Assembly: GCA_964016885.1 (NCBI GenBank)
Contig: OZ024743.1
Location: 232,624,001 to 232,688,000, forward strand
DNA length: 64,000 nt
Origin: Eledone cirrhosa
Taxonomy: Eukaryota
Direction of reading: 5' to 3'
Shown here: positions 37,874 through 49,200 of the stretch, piece after piece
Position numbering within the stretch: position 1 is the first letter of the stretch
Layout of the letters: every line of letters begins with the position of its first letter
Position numbers and translations under genes: made by a program
Notes under the pieces: model-generated
Told to the model about the DNA's origin: nothing
Databases searched by the model: none
The model's input: only the letters and a program-made list of their open reading frames with translations

Positions 37874-38619
37874 TAGTTATAGTCACATTCTATTTTATAT
37901 TCAAAACAATTGTATCAGAGATTATATTATCAAATACGCCTTTTTTGTAATACTACAACTGTGATCTAAGGTAACTATTTTAACAGGTCATGTGTCTGGT
38001 ATTTCCACACTGGCTTGATATTTAAAACCGGTGGAATTTAGCTATTAAAACCAAAATTTAGATTTCTTTCAATTTTAAATGTATGAGAATGATAATTATA
38101 AAAACATCTGCAGTGATATAGAAATTCACAAAACAAAAATCTCGTTACTACTTTACATTCTTTTAATTTATACGTTTATTTATTTATCAGTTAGTTATAT
38201 TCATTATATATAGATTATCATGTTTTGTAAATTTTCTAATTGAATATTTTTTTTTAAATATGCATTTTATATCATTATTCACGTAAACATGTATATGTAT
38301 AGAGAAAATGTTTATATCAGAGAATGGTATACAAAGCCACAAATTAATCAATGTATTCTAGACGAAAAGCAATAAAAAAAAGTCAGTATCAAAAATTCAA
38401 TAAATTTAACATTAAACAAATATGGGAAATCTGTAATATTTCACTTTTAAGTTGTTTGTTTTCCTACAGCAAGAAATGTACAATCTTGTGTACATTTACA
38501 GAGTTAATAGTGTATATTTACCTCTATCAATAAACCACTATTAGACAAGATATTGCACTTCGGATCCATCAATGACTAAAGGTTAAACCTAAATTACTAT
38601 ACCCGAAGAATGCTTCTGT

Positions 38620-38890
38620 TTAACAACGATGATACCACTCCGTCGGTTACAATGACGAGTAGTCCAGTTGATACGATCAACAGAACATCCTGCTCGTGAA
38701 ATTAACGTGCGAGTGGCTGAGCATTCCACAAACACGCGTATCCTTAACGTAGTTCTCAAAGGGATTCAGCATGACACAGAATGTGACAAGGCCGGCCCTT
38801 CGAACTATAGGTACAACTCATTTTTGCCAGCTGAGTGTACTGGAGGAACGTGAAATAAAGTGTCTTGCTCAAGGATTCAACGCGCCGTCC
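38620..38890 (-). mobile_element. SINE of a second family (body and tail)
   Basis: Minus strand cgcgttg..tccttgagcaagacactttatttcacgtt.ctccagt.cactcagctggcaaaaatgagttgtacc, a conserved SINE-core-like segment. Confidence 0.7.
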
Positions 38891-38894
38891 AACG

Positions 38895-39575
38895 CGCATT
38901 CTCCATAAGCTTAAATGTAGATTCCCAAACCACGCTATCGGCCTATATCGCGACGACGGTCTTTCTTTGGCACACCATTGCAGCAGATACGCCCTAGACA
39001 GGTTTCGTAAGGATTTAATAGACACCCTTAACATCCTAGCTCTTAATATAACAGCAGACACGAACATTTACTAGCGCAGACTTACTTGAGGTCAACTTAT
39101 CAACGGGTACACATAAGCCTTACAATAAGCTGAATGAAACACTAAAATATATGTACAGAGGAACCCGCCAACCACCTACGGTTTTTAGTAATCTAGTACC
39201 TAATATTATCCGTAGAATCTCGAACTTGTTGTCTAATAGAGAGATATTTGAGAAGACAGCGCTGTACTCCAACAAGGCCCTCTTAGATATACGTCAACCT
39301 AAGAATGATTTCTAGTATAGGCATAAGGCCAGTAATTTGGTGGAAGAGGAAAGTCGATTAAATCAATCCCGGTACGTTACTGGTACTTTATTTTATCGAC
39401 CCCGTAAAGGATGAAAGGCAAAGTTAACCTCAGCGGGATTTGAACTCAGAGAGTAAAGGGCCGTAACTCTATGCTGCAAAGCATGGTGTCTGACTCTCTA
39501 CCGATACCGCCAATCCACCGCCCAAGACGTCAATCTAAGAATAGAAATAGAAAAAGGAAAATAATCTTGTTCACC
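38895..39575 (+). pseudogene. Decayed RT of a second Penelope-like clade, interrupted by a SINE
   Basis: IGLYRDDGL (RT catalytic motif)...RFRKDLI...LNITADTN...LSTGTHKPYNKLNETLKY...PPTVF.NL...RRISNLLSNREIFEK...RNRKRKIILF, with in-frame stops. Confidence 0.8.
39305..39523 (-). mobile_element. SINE family A inserted in the PLE remnant, with TSD
   Basis: TSD acgtcaa(c/t)ctaagaat. Confidence 0.9.
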
Positions 39576-39609
39576 ACCACCCCCACACTTAATTGTAGGT
39601 AAGAGATTT

Positions 39610-40190
39610 TGGCGGTGGTGGTAGTTGTGGTGGTGGTGATTGTGGTGTAGTGTTGGTGATGGTGGTAGTGTTCAGGGTAGTAGTGTGGTGGTGGTGGTGG
39701 TGGTGGATGTGGTGATGTTCGTGGCAGTGGTGGTGGTAGTGGTGGTGGTGGTGGTGGTGGTGGTGTTCGTGGTGGTGGTGGTGGTGGTGGTGGTGGTAGT
39801 GGTGATGGTAGTGTTCGTGGTGGTGGTGGTTGTTGTGGTAGTGTTCGTGGTGGTGATGGTAGTGGTTGTGATGGTGGTGTTGGTGGAGGAGGTGGTGGAA
39901 GTGGTGGTGGTAGTGTGGTGATGGTGATGGTGGTGGTGGAGGTGGAGGTAGTGATGGCGGAGGTGGTGGTGATGGTGGAGGTGGTGGTGGAGGTAGTGGA
40001 GGTGGTGTGGTGATGGTGGTGGTGGTGGTGGTAGAGTTCGTGGTGGTGATGGTAGTGGTTGTGATGGTGTGGTGGTGGTGGTGGAGTGAGTGGTGGTGGT
40101 GTGGTGATGGTGGTGGGGGAGGTAGTCGGGGAGATAGTGGAGGTGGTGGTGGTGACGGTGATGGTGGTGGTGGAGGTGGTGGTGGTGGTG
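39610..40190. repeat. Degenerate (GGT)n repeat
   Basis: Direct inspection. Confidence 0.95.
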
Positions 40191-40506
40191 CTGTTATAGA
40201 TGTTAAGTCACGACTGACATATGCAGCGAACGTATTTGAATGTCCTATGATCTTCGGACTAAATTTTGTTAGATTATGTGTGTGTAAATATATATGTATA
40301 AGAGTATATATATATGTATGTGGCTGTGTGTAGCTGTGTATGTGTCTGTGTATGCTATTCTGTCTATACGACATTAAAAAATATACATTTCTATACATGG
40401 ATAAATCAAGACGTATATCATACAAGTGTCACACATACACATACCACAAACTCACACATATCACCATACAGACACGCGCACATATAGACACTCAGACATA
40501 CACAAG

Positions 40507-40589
<83 letters not shown>

Positions 40590-40742
40590 GCAATTTTACC
40601 CGCCTTAGATATATATATATGAATAAATATATATATATATATATATATATAATGTATGTATATATGTATGCATATATGTATGCATATATGTATGTATATA
40701 TGTATGTATATATGTATGTATATATGTATGTATATATGTATG

Positions 40743-40799
<57 letters not shown>

Positions 40800-40882
40800 A
40801 TAATAATAAATTTGAAGACTAAAATCCAAAGAGAGCTCGATAAGGATAAATATATATCAAATATATAAGAACCGTAGAGCAA

Positions 40883-41024
40883 ATATTTATTAAAAATAAC
40901 AGATTAAAGTTTAAGCAAAGAATCGCTGTTTTCCCCCTTAACGGGATCTTCTTAGTTAGTCTCAGAAGATCCCGTTAAGGGTGAAAGCAGCGATTCTTTG
41001 CTTAAACTTTAATCTGTTATTTTA

Positions 41025-41032
<8 letters not shown>
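40883..41032. repeat. 150-bp fold-back palindrome adjoining (TA)n
   Basis: Centre gggatcttct-tagttagtctc-agaagatccc. A single-arm homologue lies at 21517-21590. Confidence 0.9.
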
Positions 41033-41106
<74 letters not shown>

Positions 41107-41128
41107 TGTATATATGTATACTATATAT

Positions 41129-42303
41129 GTTGGTGTCTCTGGAAGGTTACTACAGTGGATCAAATGTTTCCTGACAGGCAGAACCCAGCATGTTGTAGTC
41201 GAAGGAGTAAAATCAAGCCCTGCCAAAGTCAGCAGTGGCGTCCCACAACGCACTGTGTTGGGTCCACTTCTTTTCATCGTCTACATTAATGACATTACTG
41301 ACATCATCAAACACAGCAACATCAGAATCTTCGCAGATGATTCCAAGCTCCAAAGGGTCATCAATGAGGTGGGTGACCGGACTTGCCTTCAGTCAGACCT
41401 ACTGGCTGTTATCCAATGGGCAGAAATGAATAATATGCTGTTGAATGAGGATAAATTTGAACTAATCCACTTTGGAAAAAAGGATGCCCTGAAACTACCA
41501 TACTCTCTTCCTTCGGGTGAAACTCTAATGGCTTCCAATAACATCAGAGACCTGGGAGTAATTGTGGACAACAATATAAGCTGGGCCACTCATATAAACA
41601 CCAAAGTTGATATGGCCCGCAGAATGTGTTCCTGGATTCTCAGAACATTCCAGTCGAGAGATATCCACACTGTTGTCCTTCTCTTCTCTACCTTTGCGCC
41701 CCCCACCTTGAATACTGTTGTCCACTGTGGTCATCCCACACGAAACAAAGTATCATGAAAGTTGAAGCAGAACAAAGGTCAATTACAAAAAAGATAGTTG
41801 GCATGACAGGCCGTGACTATTGGGGTCGATTAGAAAAGCTCAAACTTTATTCTCTTCAACGTCGCCGTGAGCGTTACATTATCTGCATGATGTGGAAAAT
41901 ATACCATCAGCTTAGCCCAAATTATGTTGGCATCACCTTTAGTGTACACCCGAGGCTTGGGCCCCGTGCTATTCGCTCACGACAGAAATCCCACTCGCAT
42001 CACATAACAACAATACGGCAACAATTATTTCACCTTAATTGGCCCTGCACTCTTTAACATTACACCAAAACACATCAAAGCAGAGACAGACCCCATCCAG
42101 TTCAAGAAGACTTTGGATAAATTCCTTCAAGAAATCCCGGATAGGCCTCCTACACCCGGATATGCCTCCGTAAAAAATAACTCTCTGCTCGAGTGGGCCA
42201 TGGTGCCCAAACACTGATTTGTAAGACTTCGCCAGGTGGTGGTATTAAGTTAGACAAGGCCTTGGCCAATACTGGCCGAAACCTATCAAAGTTATCAAAG
42301 TTA
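41129..42303 (+). mobile_element. 5'-truncated CR1/L2-group LINE (RT C-terminal half), one frameshift, in (TA)n
   Basis: SGVPQRTVLGPLLF, FADDSK, KFELIHFG, RDLGV; frameshift near 41700; then PHLEYCCPLWS, LYSLQRRRERY. Tail (tatcaaagt)2. Confidence 0.93.
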
Positions 42304-42311
42304 TATATCTA

Positions 42312-42349
<38 letters not shown>

Positions 42350-42431
42350 AAAGTTCTATTTAAATTGTTGGGATACAACAAGCAAATATTTGTATAACTG
42401 ATATAAAGCACTCAACAAGTATTTGGAGTAA

Positions 42432-42798
42432 ATATACGATATTAACAAATGGAAACTATATTTATAAAACCATATTTATTTCATTATACATATTTCAAGG
42501 ATACCAAGTTAAATTGTGGTGTGCTTTCGTTAGACAAAATATAATATAGATCAGTTTTACAAATAAATAGTGACATACCCTTAAAAAATGCAACCATTAC
42601 TGTTGGAAGCTCCCGGGAGCTTCCAACAGTAATGGTTGCATTTTTTGAAGGGTATGTCAATATTTATTAGTAAAACTGATCTATATTATATTTTGTCTGA
42701 CGAAAGCACACCATAATTTAACTTGGTATCCTTGAAATATGTATAATGAAATAAATATGGTTTTATAAATATAGTTTCCATTTGTTAATATCGTATAT
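42432..42798. repeat. 367-bp spacerless palindrome adjoining (TA)n
   Basis: Centre ...ttggaagctccc|gggagcttccaa... at 42614/42615. Arms of about 183 bp with few mismatches. Confidence 0.95.
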
Positions 42799-42830
42799 AT
42801 ATATATAAATATATATATATAGATATATAC

Positions 42831-42865
<35 letters not shown>

Positions 42866-42886
42866 TATATACACACATATATATAT

Positions 42887-42919
<33 letters not shown>

Positions 42920-43269
42920 AAAACATCACCGACCTACACATAGACCTACACACAGACACAACCAAGCTTGCAAAGAGTAGAAGAGAAATTACTATTTTAA
43001 TAATTTAGAAATGCCAATTGGCCATGTGTGTATGCGCATGTGTTGCATTTCTGAGTCTGTGTGTGTGTGTGCGCGCGTGTGTGTGTCCATGTGCATGTGT
43101 GCGTGTGTACGTATATGAACATCTGTATGTCTGTGTATTGCACATGGGTTCATTTTCTGAGTGTGTGTGTATGTATGTGTGTGGGGGGGTGGGGGTGAGT
43201 GTGTGTGTCTGTGTGCATGTGTATGTGTGTGCGTGTGAGCATCTGTATGTGTGTGTATGCGCATGTGTT

Positions 43270-46200
43270 GTTTTTCTGAGTATGTGTATCTGTGTGTGTC
43301 AGTATGTGTATCTGTGTGTGTCAGTGTCTCTATGTGTATCTGTGTGTGTCAGTGTCTCTATGTGTATCTATGTATAAGTGTCTGTATGTGTATCTGTGTG
43401 TGTCAGTGTCAGTATGTGTATCTGTGTGTCAGTGTCAGTATGTGTATCTGTGTGTGTCAGTGTCAGTATGTGTATCTCTGTGTATCAGTGTCTGTGTGTG
43501 TATCTGTGTGTGTCAGTGTCTCTATGTGTATCTATGTGTGTCAGTGTCAGTATGTGTATCTATGTGTGTCAGTGTCTGTATGTGTATCTGTGTGTGTCAG
43601 TGTCAGTATGTGTATCTCTGTGTATCAGTGTCTGTATGTGTATCTCTGTGTATCAGTGTCTGTATCTGTATCTGTGTGTGTCAGTGTCAGTATGTGTATC
43701 TGTGTGTGTCAGTGTCTGTATGTGTATCTATATGTGTCAGTGTCAGTATGTGTATCTGTGTGTGTCCGTGTCAGTATGTGTATCTGTGTTTGTCAGTGTC
43801 AGTATGTGTATCTATGTGTGTCAGTGTCAGTATGTGTGTCTGTGTGTGTCAGTGTCAGTATGTGTATATGTGTGTGTCAGTGCAGTATGTGTATCTATGT
43901 GTCAGTGTCAGTATGTGTATCTGTGTGTCAGTGTCAGTATGTGTATCTGTGTGTGTCAGTGTCAGTATGTGTATCTATGTGTCAGTGTCAGTATGTGTAT
44001 CTGTGTGTCAGTGTCAGTATGTGTATCTATGTGTGTCAGTGTCAGTATGTGTGTCTGTGTGTGTCAGTGTCAGTATGTGTATATGTGTGTGTCAGTGTCT
44101 GTATGTGTATCTGTGTGTGTCAGTGTCAGTATGTGTATCTGTGTGTGTGTCAGTGTCAGCATGTGTATCTATGTGTGTCAGTGTCAGTATGTGTATCTGT
44201 GTGTGTCAGTGTCTGTATGTGTATCTCTGTCTGTCAGTGTCAGTATGTGTATCTATGTGTGTCAGTGTCAGTATGTGTGTCTGTGTGTGTCAGTGTCAGT
44301 ATGTGTATATGTGTGTGTCAGTGTCTGTATGTGTATCTCTGTCTGTCAGTGTCAGTATGTGTATCTATGTGTGTCAGTGTCAGTATGTGTGTCTGTGTGT
44401 GTCAGTGTCAGTATGTGTATATATGTGTGTCAGTGTCTGTATGTGTATCTCTGTCTGTCAGTGTCAGTATGTGTATCTATGTGTGTCAGTGTCAGTATGT
44501 GTGTCTGTGTGTGTCAGTGTCAGTATGTGTATCTATGTGTGTATCAGTGTCTGTATGTGTATCTGTGTGTGTCAGTGTTAGTATGTGTATCTGTGTGTGT
44601 CAGTGTATGTATGTGTATCTGTGTGTCAGTGTCAGTATGTGTATCTATGTGTCAGTGTCAGTATGTGTATCTGTGTGTCAGTGTCAGTATGTGTATCTAT
44701 GTGTGTCAGTGTCAGTATGTGTGTCTGTGTGTGTCAGTGTCAGTATGTGTATATGTGTGTGTCAGTGTCTGTATGTGTATTTGTGTGTGTCAGTGTCAGT
44801 ATGTGTATCTGTGTGTGTGTCAGTGTCTGTATGTGTATCTATGTGTGTCAGTGTCAGTATGTATATCTGTGTGTGTCAGTGTCAGTATGTGTATATATGT
44901 GTGTCAGTGTCTGTATGTGTATCTCTGTGTGTCAGTGTCAGTATGTGTATCTATGTGTGTCAGTGTCAGTATGTGAATCTGTGTGTCAGTGTCTGTATGT
45001 GTATCTGTGGGTGTCAGTGTCTGTATGTGTATCTATGTGTGTCGGTGTCTGTATGTGTATCTGTATGTGTCAGTGTCTGTGTGTGTATCTATGTGTGTCA
45101 GTGTCTGTATGTGTATCTGTGTGTGTCAGTGTCTGTATGTGTATCTGTGTGTGTCAGTGTCTGTATGTGTATCTGTGTGTGTCAGTGTCTGTATGTGTAT
45201 CTATGTGTGTCAGTGTCTGTATGTGTATCTGTGTGTGTCAGTGTCTGTATGTGTATCTGTGTGTGTCAGTGTCTCTATGTGTATCTGTGTGTGTCTATGT
45301 GTGTCAGTGTCAGTATGTGTATCTGTGTGTCAGTGTCAGAATGTGTATCTGTGTGTGTCAGTGTCAGTATGTGTATCTATGTGTGTCAGTGTCTGTATGT
45401 GTATCTATGTGTCAGTGTCAGTATGTGTATCTGTGTGTGTCAGTGTCTGTATGTGTATCTGTGTGTGTCAGTGTCTGTATGTGTATCTGTGTGTGTCATT
45501 GTCTGTATGTGTATCTATGTGTGTCAGTGTCAGTATATGTATCTGTGTGTCAGTGTCAGTATGTGTATCTGTGTGTGTCTGTGTCAGTATGTGTATCTGT
45601 GTGTGTCAGTGTCAGTATGTGTATATATGTGTCAGTATATGTATGTGTATCTGTATGTGTCAGTGTCTGTATGTGTATCTATGTGTGTCAGTGTCAGTAT
45701 GTGTATCTATGTGTGTCTCAGTGTCTGTATCTGTGTGTGTCAGTGTCTGTACGTGTATCTGTGTGTCAGTGTCTGTATGTGTATCTATGTGTGTCAGTGT
45801 CTGTATGTGTATCTGTGTGTGTCAGTGTCTGTATGTGTATATGTGTGTGTCAGTGTCAGTATGTGTATCTGTGTGTGTCAGTGTCTCTGTGTGTATCTAT
45901 GTATCAGTGTCTGTATGTGTATCTGTGTGTGTCAGTGTCAGTATGTGTATCTGTGTGTGTCAGTGTCAGTATGTGTATCTATGTGTCAGTGTCAGTATGT
46001 GTATCTCTGTGTATCAGTGTCTGTATGTGTATCTGTGTGTGTCAGTATGTGTATCTGTGTGTGTCAGTGTCTGTATGTGTATCTGTGTGTGTCAGTGTCA
46101 GTATATGTATGTGTGTGTCAGTGTCAGTATGTGTATCTGTGTGTGTCAGTGTCAGTATGTGTATCTGTGTGTGTCAGTGTCAGTATGTGTATATATGTGT

Positions 46201-49200
46201 CAGTATATGTATGTGTATCTGTGTGTGTCAGTGTCAGTATGTGTATATGTGTGTGTCAGTGTCTGTATGTGTATCTGTGTGTGTCAGTGTCAGTATGTGT
46301 ATCTGTGTGTGTGTCAGTGTCAGCATGTGTATCTATGTGTGTCAGTGTCAGTATGTGTATCTGTGTGTGTCAGTGTCAGTATGTGTATCTGTGTGTGTCA
46401 GTGTCAGTATGTGTATCTATGTGTGTCAGTGTCAGTATGTGTATCTCTGTGTGTCAGTGTCAGTATGTGTATCTGTGTGTCAGTGTCTGTATGTGTATCT
46501 GTGTGTGTCAGTGTCTGTATGTGTATCTATGTGTGTCAGTGTCTGTATGTGTATCTGTGTGTGTCAGTGTCTGTATGTGTATCTGTGTGTGTCAGTGTCT
46601 CTATGTGTATCTATGTGTGTCAGTGTCTGTATGTGTATCTGTGTGTGTCAGTGTCTGTATGTGTATCTGTGTGTCAGTGTCTGTATGTGTATCTGTGTGT
46701 GTCTATGTGTGTCAGTGTCAGTATGTGTATCTGTGTGTCAGTGTCAGAATGTGTATCTGTGTGTGTCAGTGTCAGTATGTGTATCTATGTGTGTCAGTGT
46801 CTGTATGTGTATCTATGTGTCAGTGTCAGTATGTGTATCTGTTTGTGTCAGTGTCTGTATGTGTATCTGTGTGTCAGTGTCTGTATGTGTATCTGTGTGT
46901 GTCAGTGTCTGTATGTGTATCTGTGTGTGTCAGTGTCTGTATGTGTATCTATGTGTGTCAGTGTCAGTATATGTATGTGTGTGTCAGTGTCAGTATGTGT
47001 ATCTGTGTGTGTCTGTGTCAGTATGTGTATCTGTGTGTGTCAGTGTCAGTATGTGTATATATGTGTCAGTATATGTATGTGTATCTGTATGTGTCAGTGA
47101 CTGTATGTGTATCTATGTGTGTCAGTGTCAGTATGTGTATCTATGTGTGTGTCAGTGTCTGTATCTGTGTGTGTCAGTGTCTGTATGTGTATCTGTGTGT
47201 CAGTGTCTGTATGTGTATCTATGTGTGTCAGTGTCTGTATGTGTATATGTGTGTGTCAGTGTCTGTATGTGTATATGTGTGTGTCAGTGTCAGTATGTGT
47301 ATCTGTGTGTGTCAGTGTCTCTATATGTATCTATGTATCAGTGTATGTATGTGTATCTGTGTGTGTCAGTGTCAGTATGTGTATCTGTGTGTGTCAGTGT
47401 CAGTATGTGTATCTATGTGTCAGTGTCAGTATGTGTATCTCTGTGTATCAGTGTCTGTATGTGTATCTGTGTGTGTCAGTATGTGTATCTGTGTGTGTCA
47501 GTGTCTCTATGTGTATCTGTGTATGTCTATGTGTGTCAGTGTCAGTATATGTATGTGTGTGTCAGTGTCAGTATGTGTATCTGTGTGTGTCAGTGTCTGT
47601 ATGTGTATCTATGTGTGTCAGTGTCTGTATGTATATATATGTGTGTGTCAGTGTCTGTATGTGTATATGTGTGTGTCAGTGTCAGTATGTGTATATATGT
47701 GTCAGTATATGTATGTGTATCTGTGTGTGTCAGTGTCAGTATGTGTATATGTGTGTGTCAGTGTCTGTATGTGTATCTATGTGTGTCAGTGTCAGTATGT
47801 GTATCTCTGTGTGTCAGTGTCAGTATGTGTATCTGTGTGTCAGTGTCTGTATGTGTATCTGTGTGTGTCAGTGTCTGTATGTGTATCTATGTGTGTCAGT
47901 GTCTGTATGTGTATCTGTGTGTGTCAGTGTCTGTATGTGTATCTATGTGTGTCAGTGTCTGTATGTGTATCTATGTGTGCCAGTGTCTGTATGTGTATCT
48001 GTGTGTGTGTCAGTGTCAGTATGTGTATCTGAGTGTGTCAGTGTCAGTATGTGTATCTGTGTGTGTCAGTGCCAGTATGTGTATCTGTGTGTGTCAGTGT
48101 CAGTATGTGTATCTGTGTGTGTCAGTGTCAGTATGTGTATCTGTATGTGTCAGTGTCTGTATGTGTATCTATGTGTGTCAGTGTCTGTATGTGTATCTGT
48201 GTGTGTCAGTGTCAGTATGTGTATGTGTATCTGTATATGTCAGTGTCTGTATGTGTATCTATGTGTGTCAGTGTCAGTATGTGTATCTATGTGTGTGTCA
48301 GTGTCTTTATCTGTGTGTGTCAGTGTCTGTATGTGTATCTGTGTGTCAGTGTCTGTATGTGTATCTATGTGTGTCAGTGTCTGTATGTGTATATGTGTGT
48401 GTCAGTGTCTGTATGTGTATCTGTGTGTCAGTGTCAGTATGTGTATCTATGTGTGTCAGTGTCTGTATGTGTATCTATGTGTGTCAGTGTCTGTATGTGT
48501 ATCTGTGTGTGTCAGTGTCTGTATGTGTATCTATGTGTGTCAGTGTCAGTCTGTGTATCTGTGTGTGTCAGTGTCAGTATATGTATGTGTATCTGTATGT
48601 GTCAGTGTCTGTATGTGTATCTATGTGTGTCAGTGTCAGTATGTGTATCTATGTGTGTCAGTGTCAGTATGTGTATATATGTGTCAGTATATGTATGTGT
48701 ATCTGTGTGTGTCAGTGTCTGTATGTGTATCTGTGTGTCAGTGTCTGTATGTGTATCTATGTGTGTCAGTGTCTGTATGTTATCTATGTGTGTCAGTGTC
48801 TGTATGTGTATCTATATGTGTCAGTGTCAGTATGTGTATCTATGTGTGTGTCAGTGTCTGTATGTGTATCTGTGTGTGTCAGTGTCTGTATGTGTATCTG
48901 TGTGTCAGTGTCTGTATGTGTATCTATGTGTATCAGTGTCTGTATGTTATCTATGTGTGTCAGTGTCTGTATGTGTATCTATGTGTGTCAGTGTCAGTAT
49001 GTGTATCTATGTGTGTGTCAGTGTCTGTATGTGTATCTGTTTGTGTCAGTGTCTGTATGTGTATCTGTGTGTCAGTGTCTGTATGTGTATCTATGTGTGT
49101 CAGTGTCAGTATGTGTATCTATGTGTGTCAGTGTCTGTATGTGTATCTGTGTGTGTCAGTGTCTGTATGTGTATCTATGTGTGTCAGTGTCTGTATGTGT

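Noticed and set aside
39589-40425. Pro/His-rich 278-aa ORF (extensin or His-rich protein-like)
   Set aside because: Translation of a degenerate (GGT)n microsatellite.
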